A stretch of DNA of 45,544 nt from Candidatus Hydrogenedentales bacterium (GTDB taxonomy: Bacteria > Hydrogenedentota > Hydrogenedentia > Hydrogenedentales > JAEUWI01). The notes below the pieces were generated by a model. The model saw only the letters and a list, made by a program, of their open reading frames with translations. It searched no databases and had not been told where the DNA came from. The stretch is from NCBI GenBank assembly GCA_044359155.1, contig JBIKMR010000002.1, positions 1 through 45,544 of the forward strand. The letters run 5' to 3'. Each line of letters opens with the position of its first letter. The first letter of the stretch is position 1. Shown in pieces: positions 38,719-45,544 of the stretch. The position numbers and the translations under genes were made by a program.

Positions 38719-39831
38719 ATGGCGGATACGGTACAGATTACCAAACCGGCGCACACCGCGCAGCCCGCCGAACCCGTTGTCGAGACGGGCGAGGGGCCGC
38801 CCTCGTCCCTGTTCTACGGCCCCGTAGGCGCGCTTATGCAGAAGCTACTGCGCCCTTATCTCTACCACGTCATCGTGCATATTACCGACCGCTGTAACCT
38901 GCGTTGCAAGACTTGCTTCATTGAGTTTGGGCGCAAGGACTTGTCCGTTGAAGAAGCCAGGGTGTTGTCCGGGAAGCTGGGATACATCCCCGCCTTGGAC
39001 CTTGGCGGCGGTGAGCCTTTCCTGCACAAGGACCTGCCCGGCCTCTGCCGGGAGTTTCGATTCGGAAGCGTCACCATCCCCACGAACGGCCAGTTCCAGG
39101 ACCGGGTTATCGAGTCAGTGAAGGTGCTGCTCAAGGAGCATCCCGGCAAGGTGACCATTGCCTTGTCGCTCGATGGGCCGGAAGAGATCAACAACGCGAT
39201 ACGCGGCCCGCGCACTTACGAGAAGGCCCTTGCCACGTACCACGAGCTGCGCAAGCTGGATGGCCTCACGCTCAAGGTAAACACCGTGGTGAACAACCGC
39301 AACGCGGATCGCATCGTTGAGTTCGTTCGCGAGATTCGCCAGCTCAACCCGGACTACCACTCGCTGCTGCTATTGCGTGGCGACCCGCTGGCCCCGGAAG
39401 AAGTGCAGCTTCCCGACATGGCCACGCTCCGCGCCATCACGCCCGAGCTGCTCGCCATTCTACGCACCTACACCTTCGGGCACCGCTTCAATTTTCTGCT
39501 GCGCCAGATGAAGTACAACTACCAGCGCTACATGTGGAACATCCAGCTCGACATGATTGAGCACCAGCGCGCCCCCTTCCAGTGCAAAGCACCCCGCTAC
39601 AACAAGGTGGTCTATGCCGATGGCCAGACTTCAATGTGCGAGCTTATGCCGCGCCTGGACAACCTGCTCGAATCTACCCCCGAAGCCGTCGACACCAAGC
39701 TGCGCAATCACTTACAGGACTTCGAGGCCAAGAACGGCAAATGCTTCTGCACGCACAACTGCAACATCTCTGAAAACATCATGACCCACCCGCCCTCCGT
39801 GGCCAAGGTCCTGCTCGGTCTCTCGCGGTAA
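38719..39831 (+). CDS. Radical SAM protein with a Cys-rich C-terminal region (possible auxiliary-cluster, SPASM/twitch-like)
   Basis: HITDRCNLRCKTCF (CxxxCxxC), GGGEPFL, and LSLDGPEEINNAIRG...TYEKALATYHELRKL. The C-terminus carries FQCK...MCEL...GKCFCTHNC. I chose the ATG at 38719. An in-frame GTG at 38656 is possible. The track start at 38311 lies antisense inside the carbamoyltransferase gene. Confidence 0.75.
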   Translation: MADTVQITKPAHTAQPAEPVVETGEGPPSSLFYGPVGALMQKLLRPYLYHVIVHITDRCNLRCKTCFIEFGRKDLSVEEARVLSGKLGYIPALDLGGGEPFLHKDLPGLCREFRFGSVTIPTNGQFQDRVIESVKVLLKEHPGKVTIALSLDGPEEINNAIRGPRTYEKALATYHELRKLDGLTLKVNTVVNNRNADRIVEFVREIRQLNPDYHSLLLLRGDPLAPEEVQLPDMATLRAITPELLAILRTYTFGHRFNFLLRQMKYNYQRYMWNIQLDMIEHQRAPFQCKAPRYNKVVYADGQTSMCELMPRLDNLLESTPEAVDTKLRNHLQDFEAKNGKCFCTHNCNISENIMTHPPSVAKVLLGLSR

Positions 39832-40760
39832 TGGCCCTTCCCGTCGCCTCCGTGCTGATACCCACCTACAACCGCCACGACGATCTGCTGCACCTGCTGC
39901 ATGATCTCGCGGCACAGTCCTCCGATTCCTTCGAGGTGGTGATAGTGGACGACGCCAGCATGCCGCCAATAGCGGAAGCTCTGGCCCCAAACGACTTTCC
40001 GTATCCCATCAAACTATCGCGCAACGAGGGCAACCAAGGTATTGGATACAGCCGCAACCGCTGCATCGATGCGTCCACCGGCGCGTTCATTCTCTGGATA
40101 GACAGCGACTCCCGCGTGCCCAGCCCTGACTGGATTGCGTGGCATGTTCGTCAACACCAAGAGGGAGAGCCAAGGCTGGTCCACAGCGAAGTGCAAGGGG
40201 CGACCCCCAACTACGCGGGCCGCACCTTCTTTTATAGCAACTGGTTCGGTTCCTGCGGCAAGGTTGCCAAGCGCGCAATGGACCACCACCTGCCCACCAA
40301 CAACACCAGTCTGCCGCGTACCTTGCTCGAACAGGTGGGGCGTTTTGATGAGACCCTCCGCGCTGCTGAAGATGTGGACTGGTCCCTACGAGCGCTGGCC
40401 CAAGGCATACCCCTGTGGTACCAGCCGGGAATGCCCGTGCTCCACCGAGACCGCGACACCCTCCGCGCCGTTTGGGACAGCTACCGCAACATCGGGAAAT
40501 ACGGCCAACGCGTGAGAATGAAGCAAGCCAGCTCTCCCCACGGCTGGCTCTACCCCAGAAGCCCAGCCCTCGCCTCCCTCTACGTCCTGCCCCTATCCCT
40601 GCTCATGACCCTCTACATCCTCTGGACCTGGCTCCCCGTCGATCCCCGAGCATTGCTCTACGCCCCCGGCCTCTACCTCGCCAACTTCGCCTACGCGCTG
40701 GGCGTGGTGGATGGGATTAAGAAGTCCTTCGCATCCAGTTGTAATGCCCCAATTCGCTAG
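39831..40760 (+). CDS. Family 2 glycosyltransferase with two C-terminal hydrophobic helices (ArnC/GtrB/Dpm1-like architecture)
   Basis: VASVLIPTYNRHDDL...FEVVIVDDAS and WIDSDS (DxD). C-terminal hydrophobic segments are ALASLYVLPLSLLMTLYILWTWL and LLYAPGLYLANFAYALGVV. Its ATG overlaps the upstream TAA by 1 nt. Confidence 0.8.
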   Translation: MALPVASVLIPTYNRHDDLLHLLHDLAAQSSDSFEVVIVDDASMPPIAEALAPNDFPYPIKLSRNEGNQGIGYSRNRCIDASTGAFILWIDSDSRVPSPDWIAWHVRQHQEGEPRLVHSEVQGATPNYAGRTFFYSNWFGSCGKVAKRAMDHHLPTNNTSLPRTLLEQVGRFDETLRAAEDVDWSLRALAQGIPLWYQPGMPVLHRDRDTLRAVWDSYRNIGKYGQRVRMKQASSPHGWLYPRSPALASLYVLPLSLLMTLYILWTWLPVDPRALLYAPGLYLANFAYALGVVDGIKKSFASSCNAPIR

Positions 40761-40783
40761 TAGCGAGATTTCTTGGGTGGCTT

Positions 40784-42844
40784 CTACTTTCTAATTCGTA
40801 ACAGAAGTGGCTCAGGATTATCGGCTACGACAGAAATGATTGGTGGAAGCAGTGGGTAGCCACGGAGTCTGGCTAGCTCTATCTTAAGTCTTGCCGTATC
40901 CTGTGATTCCAACGCAGCTACCATTTCTTTAAACGTAGCCATTATCCATCCCCCCTTTGCAAGGGCATGCTTTAGGTGTTTTATTCCGGAGTCTCGATCT
41001 CCCGCCAATATCTCAACTACACCTAGCGTAAGGTATACAGGCGGGTACAGGGGATACATCTCATGTGATTTCCGGGCGACTTTCAATGCATGACCAGTGT
41101 CAGAATTGGCAAGAAGTAATGCCGCAAGATATGTCCCTGTCATTGGGTCGGAGTTCTCCCAAGGATAGTCAAGAACTCTGCGTAATGCGGCAGCAGTCTC
41201 GGGATCGGCTGATAGTCCAAAGAAATCGGCCACATTTGCAATCTCTTCTTCCTTTAACAAACCAAAGCAGGAATCTTTCAAGGACGTCCGAAAGTTGGGT
41301 TCAGTTGAGATGCTGAGTATCTGAATCCCATCCATTCCTGAAAAAGTCCGCACTAACTTTACTGAATATCCCCTTTGCTCAAACTTGCTCTTCATCATCT
41401 CTAGTCCCTCTGGTTGTGTTGCTTCACTTACCAGCCAGACTTTATCGCCATGATCTTTAGAGTTGTCGATTACGTTCTCACAAAACATCGTAATGCTGTA
41501 CACGGGCCGCATGTCGAAACTTGCCAGCGATAGTTCGGCAAAGCGCAGTATCTTCTCGCATAGCAATGGCATGGTGGTCTTGACAAAAACAGTCTCTTCC
41601 TTGGAGACATTCTGGGCCACCCATAATGCCGCAGCTTTCCAATTCGTTCGTGTTGTTGCCGAGGCGAGCAGTGCCAACTGTGATGATTGCAAAATAAGAA
41701 GCAGAAGCACTGCAAACAAGGCAACCCGTCGCCCGAGCATGGAGAGCGAGGCCGACAAGACAAGGTAGTAGCCCGTAGAGGAATAGAGCACAAAGCGGTA
41801 TGCGAAGGCCGGCTGATAGAGCACACTGAGTAACCAAAGCACCAAGGGAGGCAAAATCCACAGCAGCACTGGCAACAACATGGGGATGCGTTCATTGATC
41901 GCCGACAATCTCCAATCGGCATCAAGGGGCTTTGCAAGCGTCCTCCAACATGCGACAATCATGCAGAAGAGTGGCAGCAGAATTATAGACAGGGTAGGTA
42001 GAAAATCTAATGGTAACAAGAAAGCCGTAATCCTTGGCATCCCCTCCTCAATTTCGTAAGAAAGTGGAAACTCGATTGTGTGTTCAATCGTGCCATGCCC
42101 CAGTAAGGTCGCGGCAAATTGCAACAGGGTTGGTACAGAATAGTCCCCGCTAAAGGAAATGAAATAGCGAAACGTGTATGCGAGCCAAAGGCTAGTCATC
42201 ACCAATGCAGGAACTTGAAAAGCACACCAAACTATGGTTTCACGTATTTTCAGGCGACGAGTAGAAACTAGATATAGTCCGGCGGCCAATAAAGCGAAGC
42301 AAGTGAAAATGTGAGTCATAAGCATCAACGAACTAACCATGCTGTTTACAATCAGCCAGGCAGGCCTGCTGCTTCGTTCCCACCGCAAGAAGGAGTATAT
42401 GAAAAGTATTGCGAGAAGGGTCGCTAATGAATAGCATAGGCAGCTCTGGGACCACCAGACGTGGGGAGGGGAGAGCGCCATAAAGACAGCCGAAAAATAT
42501 GCGAATTCTCGGGGTAAAAGTAGACGGGCGAGGTTGTACATTGCCAAGATGGACATCGTGCCAAGTACAACGTTTAGATAGCGTGGCCCGAATGTCGTGC
42601 CTTGCCACAATTCTGAGGTAAGGTATATCAGAGTGTAGTAAGCGGGAACATGCGTCCCCCCCCACGTGTTTACGCCAGCCAAGTACTCCGTCAATGAAAC
42701 CCCGGTTGGAAGGGCTGCAAGGGAGTAATCTTCCCAATAAAATGACTGGGCTTCCAGCCCGTATAGGCGAAGAGCTAAGGTTATTATGCCAAGAAAAGAA
42801 AAGGCACCAACTTCACGCCAGTCGTAGCTTGTAGTGTTATGCAT
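40784..42844 (-). CDS. Second GT-C fold (family 39/ArnT/PMT_2-like) membrane glycosyltransferase with a C-terminal TPR-like domain, low-GC copy
   Basis: ATG at 42844. Acidic dyad after TM1 (SFYWEDY). HVPAYYTLIYL...ALSPPHVWWSQ parallels the 34734-36815 protein. It is polytopic, with a helical-repeat tail (YLTLGVVEILAGDRDSGIKHLKHALAKG). Codon usage is markedly AT-richer than in neighbouring genes. Confidence 0.65.
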   Translation of the reverse strand: MHNTTSYDWREVGAFSFLGIITLALRLYGLEAQSFYWEDYSLAALPTGVSLTEYLAGVNTWGGTHVPAYYTLIYLTSELWQGTTFGPRYLNVVLGTMSILAMYNLARLLLPREFAYFSAVFMALSPPHVWWSQSCLCYSLATLLAILFIYSFLRWERSSRPAWLIVNSMVSSLMLMTHIFTCFALLAAGLYLVSTRRLKIRETIVWCAFQVPALVMTSLWLAYTFRYFISFSGDYSVPTLLQFAATLLGHGTIEHTIEFPLSYEIEEGMPRITAFLLPLDFLPTLSIILLPLFCMIVACWRTLAKPLDADWRLSAINERIPMLLPVLLWILPPLVLWLLSVLYQPAFAYRFVLYSSTGYYLVLSASLSMLGRRVALFAVLLLLILQSSQLALLASATTRTNWKAAALWVAQNVSKEETVFVKTTMPLLCEKILRFAELSLASFDMRPVYSITMFCENVIDNSKDHGDKVWLVSEATQPEGLEMMKSKFEQRGYSVKLVRTFSGMDGIQILSISTEPNFRTSLKDSCFGLLKEEEIANVADFFGLSADPETAAALRRVLDYPWENSDPMTGTYLAALLLANSDTGHALKVARKSHEMYPLYPPVYLTLGVVEILAGDRDSGIKHLKHALAKGGWIMATFKEMVAALESQDTARLKIELARLRGYPLLPPIISVVADNPEPLLLRIRK

Positions 42845-42914
42845 AACAAGAGTTTTCGAGGGTGTACCGAAGCGGGAAGAGCAACTTTAAGCAAGGAAGT
42901 CATCTTGGGGCGAG

Positions 42915-44480
42915 TTAAACTTTAGCGCGCTTGGTCCGAAAAATGGAAAAGCGAAGGCGCGAAAGCATCACTTCGGGAAGGCGTTCGAGAAGTGTCGTTG
43001 GATTGGAACGAGCTACCCGCGCTATCGATTCAATGACACGCCATGGGCGAAAAAGAAACTGGGAGCTGTAAAATATCGCCATTCCGAGAAGGGCTAAAAT
43101 TCGCAATTCTGTCCCGCTTATATTCTTGTTCCAAGAGTTCACATTTCCATAATTGTTATACAGACTCAGTGCCATGAAGCGGTCATAAGCTTCCCCTTCT
43201 GGGGGAAGCGCACCACTTGCACGGAGCTCTTTATTTAATGCGCTCCCAGGATAAGGATGGAAAATGTAGACAGGCACATCATGTACGCCCGCATAGGCCA
43301 TGCGTATCATGAACCAGTAGCTCTTAAAGATGTCCCTGCGCGCCTCAAACGGGAATCCCATAATGATGTGCGCTTTGGAAACTATTCCTTCGCGTGAGCA
43401 TGCTTTCATGCTTTTTAGCATGCTTTCGAGGTTGACTTTTTTCTGGATTCGCTCCAATACCAGCTGCGAGCCGCTCTCCGGCGCAAATGAGAGTCTGGGG
43501 CATCCGGATTGCTTAAGCAATCGAATAACTTCCCCGTCCATGGCTTCTGAACGGGTGCCAGAGGGCATGGTCCATGTAATTCCAATATTCTCTGCTATCA
43601 ATAAATTGCAGAATTCCTTTATCCAATCTTTACGAATAATCGTTGTTAGATCGAAAAAGGATACACTGTCGATGCCATACTTGTTAGTATATAACTTCAT
43701 TTCCTCCAGGACAGCAACGGGAGATCGAACATTCCATAGCTTACCCCACATTCCAGGATTAGAGCAGAACGTGCAGCGAAACGGGCACCCGCGCGATGCA
43801 AGCATCGGCATCATTCTTCCACGCGTGGAACCAAAGCCACCGCCTCGCTCAAGGTATTGCTCTATTGGAAACAAGTCCCACTTGGGAAGGGGATATGAAT
43901 CCAGATCTCGCTGGCGTTTCGCGGGAACAGTGAATGATATCTCGCCACTTGGAATACGATAAGCAATTCCTGCGACAGTAGCCAGGTCGCGCCCGTTGTT
44001 TAAGGCGTCCAACAGGTCAACAATGATTTCTTCACCTTCACCGCGAACACACGCCATTACCCCAGGGCAGCTTCGTAAAATGTAGTCGGCATCAGCGGTT
44101 GCCTGTTCGCCACCCATCACGACAGGAATAGCTGGGAAGGCCTTGAACAAGGCTTCCAGTACCAATTTGCAATGGAACCATTCTGAAGCAAACATGCATG
44201 ACACACCAATCAGTTCGGTGTCTCTTGGAATTCTTTCAACTACTTCAGTAATGGTGAGTCCGTTAACCATTAGCGGCATGTCTGGAACAGGAATATGCTG
44301 ATTTAAGGCCTCACCAACGGCGTCAATTACTTGGACCGAATAGCCGGCTTCGTCAAGAACAGCTGCAATGTACGCCAACCCTAAAGGTGGAGAACCCGTT
44401 GCACTGACGTCGGTATCAAGCTTGAATATCTGTGAAACCGATGGCGGGCGTAGCAGGATAATTTTTCGAATCCGTGTCAT
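42915..44480 (-). CDS. B12-binding-domain radical SAM protein (class B-like), low-GC copy
   Basis: N-terminal cobalamin-binding-type Rossmann region (ILLRPP...PPLGLAYIAAVLDEAGYSVQVIDA) and the radical SAM motif MLASRGCPFRCTFCSNP. 521 aa, ATG at 44480. Confidence 0.85.
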   Translation of the reverse strand: MTRIRKIILLRPPSVSQIFKLDTDVSATGSPPLGLAYIAAVLDEAGYSVQVIDAVGEALNQHIPVPDMPLMVNGLTITEVVERIPRDTELIGVSCMFASEWFHCKLVLEALFKAFPAIPVVMGGEQATADADYILRSCPGVMACVRGEGEEIIVDLLDALNNGRDLATVAGIAYRIPSGEISFTVPAKRQRDLDSYPLPKWDLFPIEQYLERGGGFGSTRGRMMPMLASRGCPFRCTFCSNPGMWGKLWNVRSPVAVLEEMKLYTNKYGIDSVSFFDLTTIIRKDWIKEFCNLLIAENIGITWTMPSGTRSEAMDGEVIRLLKQSGCPRLSFAPESGSQLVLERIQKKVNLESMLKSMKACSREGIVSKAHIIMGFPFEARRDIFKSYWFMIRMAYAGVHDVPVYIFHPYPGSALNKELRASGALPPEGEAYDRFMALSLYNNYGNVNSWNKNISGTELRILALLGMAIFYSSQFLFRPWRVIESIARVARSNPTTLLERLPEVMLSRLRFSIFRTKRAKV

Positions 44481-44529
44481 GATTTAAACCAAGTAGTCAA
44501 TACAAAGTGTGGCGAAAAAACACGAAACG

Positions 44530-45544
44530 TTAACTTGTTGCATGGTCGGACTTGATGGCATGGGCGGCTGTATCGGGCGCAGAATTTGGCTTCATGAGCA
44601 ACAAGCGGTGAAGTGCGTTGGACATCACCCGCTCAATGAGGGTCGAAGGAGAATCCGTCAACAAACGTGTTGCCGTTGCAATTAACCGCCAAGGGCGAAA
44701 CGCATACTGGAGCACGTAGAACATCAGCGAGCCACCCACCAGTAACATGCGCAATTGGCTGTCGCTTACGTACTCGTTCCAAGACTTCGGGCGGCTATAG
44801 TTATTGTTCAGGTTGGACGCAAGCATCCGGTCGTACTCGTCCCCCTCGGGGGGGAACATGCCCTTTTCAGAAAGCTCGCGTTGGAGTTCGCTTCCCGGAT
44901 AAGGGGCAAACGGAAAGATTGCAATGTCATGCAGGCCAGCCCACGCAAGCTGCACGATGAACACCAGCGTTTCCGCCATGTGGCGGGGGCGTTCTCCGGG
45001 AAATCCAAAGATGATGTTTGCGCGTGCGAATATGCCTTCCCGTGCGCATGAGCGGACGGTGGTCAACATCTTGTCCAGCTTTACCTGTTTCTTGATGCGT
45101 TCCAGCGTGTGTGGGCTGCCGCTCTCTGGGGCAAGGTTCAAGGTCAAGCAGCCGGATTTGCGCATGGCAGCCACCACCGTGCGATCCAGAGCTTCGGAGC
45201 GCGTTCCCGAGGGCAGCAGCCAATTGACATTAAGCTCCGCCTCTAATATCAGGCGAGTGAATTCAAGAATCCAGTCCCGCTTGATGACGGCGGTCAAGTC
45301 ATAGAAAGCAAAGCTGTCTACGTCGTACTCGTTCTTGTAGTAGGTCATTTCCTTTACGACGTCTTCAGGCGAACGAATGCTCCAAAGCTTGCCCCACATC
45401 TGAGGGTTCGAGCAAAACGTGCAGCGATAGGGGCAACCCCGTGAGGCCAGCATCGGCATGGTGCGCCGTCCCACGGTGCCATGCGCTGCCCCGGCATCTA
45501 GGTAATTCCGAATCGGCAGCAGGTCCCATGCGGGCCAAGGCAAC
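44530..45544 (-). CDS. B12-binding-domain radical SAM protein, paralog of 42915-44480. The N-terminus lies beyond the window edge.
   Basis: MLASRGCPYRCTFCSNPQMWGKLWSIRSP, LPSGTRSEA, APESGS and FRPWR all align with the neighbouring gene. The frame is open to the window edge, and the first codon in the track is just the edge (TTG). Confidence 0.85.
   Translation of the reverse strand, partial: LPWPAWDLLPIRNYLDAGAAHGTVGRRTMPMLASRGCPYRCTFCSNPQMWGKLWSIRSPEDVVKEMTYYKNEYDVDSFAFYDLTAVIKRDWILEFTRLILEAELNVNWLLPSGTRSEALDRTVVAAMRKSGCLTLNLAPESGSPHTLERIKKQVKLDKMLTTVRSCAREGIFARANIIFGFPGERPRHMAETLVFIVQLAWAGLHDIAIFPFAPYPGSELQRELSEKGMFPPEGDEYDRMLASNLNNNYSRPKSWNEYVSDSQLRMLLVGGSLMFYVLQYAFRPWRLIATATRLLTDSPSTLIERVMSNALHRLLLMKPNSAPDTAAHAIKSDHATS

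Noticed and set aside
38601-38897. 98-aa Cys/Arg-rich plus-strand ORF near the radical SAM gene, considered as a RiPP precursor
   Set aside because: It is out of frame with the radical SAM coding sequence and overlaps it. Its composition is typical of an off-frame GC-rich reading, with no leader/core organisation.
42784-42903. 39-codon minus-strand ORF (MTSLLKVALPASVHPRKLLLCITLQATTGVKLVPFLFLA) upstream of and overlapping the second GT-C gene start, considered as a precursor or leader peptide for the B12-rSAM enzymes
   Set aside because: It has no Shine-Dalgarno sequence and overlaps the GT-C start out of frame. The peptide is hydrophobic with no repeat or core features. It cannot be distinguished from chance without conservation data.

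Overview
This is a high-GC bacterial chromosomal segment. Hand spot counts give about 55-78% GC per 60-nt line, mostly near 60%. Gene content looks like the PVC group (Planctomycetota, Verrucomicrobiota or Lentisphaerota-like): a PSCyt1-DUF1549-DUF1553 + DUF1501 pair, Cys-type sulfatases, a Ser/Thr kinase-FGE-like fusion, and an SBBP/beta-helix surface protein.

I call 35 protein-coding genes. I recognised no rRNA, tRNA, CRISPR array, transposase or integrase.

Gene order:
- A large secreted surface protein. It is open at the left edge and missing from the supplied ORF track.
- phnW-phnX (phosphonatase pathway).
- vapBC toxin-antitoxin.
- PSCyt/PSD + DUF1501 pair.
- HD-GYP phosphodiesterase.
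- Gfo/Idh/MocA oxidoreductase.
- glgC-TPR-lepB.
- A long minus-strand array: a truncated ATP-grasp-like gene coupled to moaD, an acidic coiled-coil protein, two sulfatases, a sugar-1-P nucleotidyltransferase, and an aldo/keto reductase.
- An Opp/Dpp-type ABC transporter, followed by a 9-nt-periodic palindrome and a GH31 glycosidase.
- A kinase-FGE-like fusion.
- A 12-kb glycosylation/tailoring island running to the right edge. It holds a PP-loop amidotransferase, two GT-C/TPR membrane proteins, a carbamoyltransferase, a GT2 and three radical SAM enzymes.

Most interesting:
1. The glycosylation island, whose enzyme combination I cannot map to a characterised pathway.
2. A low-GC block (about 40.8-44.5 kb) inside that island, carrying second copies of the GT-C/TPR and B12-radical-SAM genes.
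3. A translationally coupled MoaD-like (C-terminal GG) + N-terminally short, divergent ATP-grasp-like pair, with no MoaE or MoeB nearby.
4. A 61-nt palindrome built from 9-mers upstream of the GH31 gene.

Many ORF-track starts are over-extended. Several genes seem to use GTG or TTG starts preceded by Shine-Dalgarno-like sequence. All family assignments come from motif recognition by eye. No database search was run.
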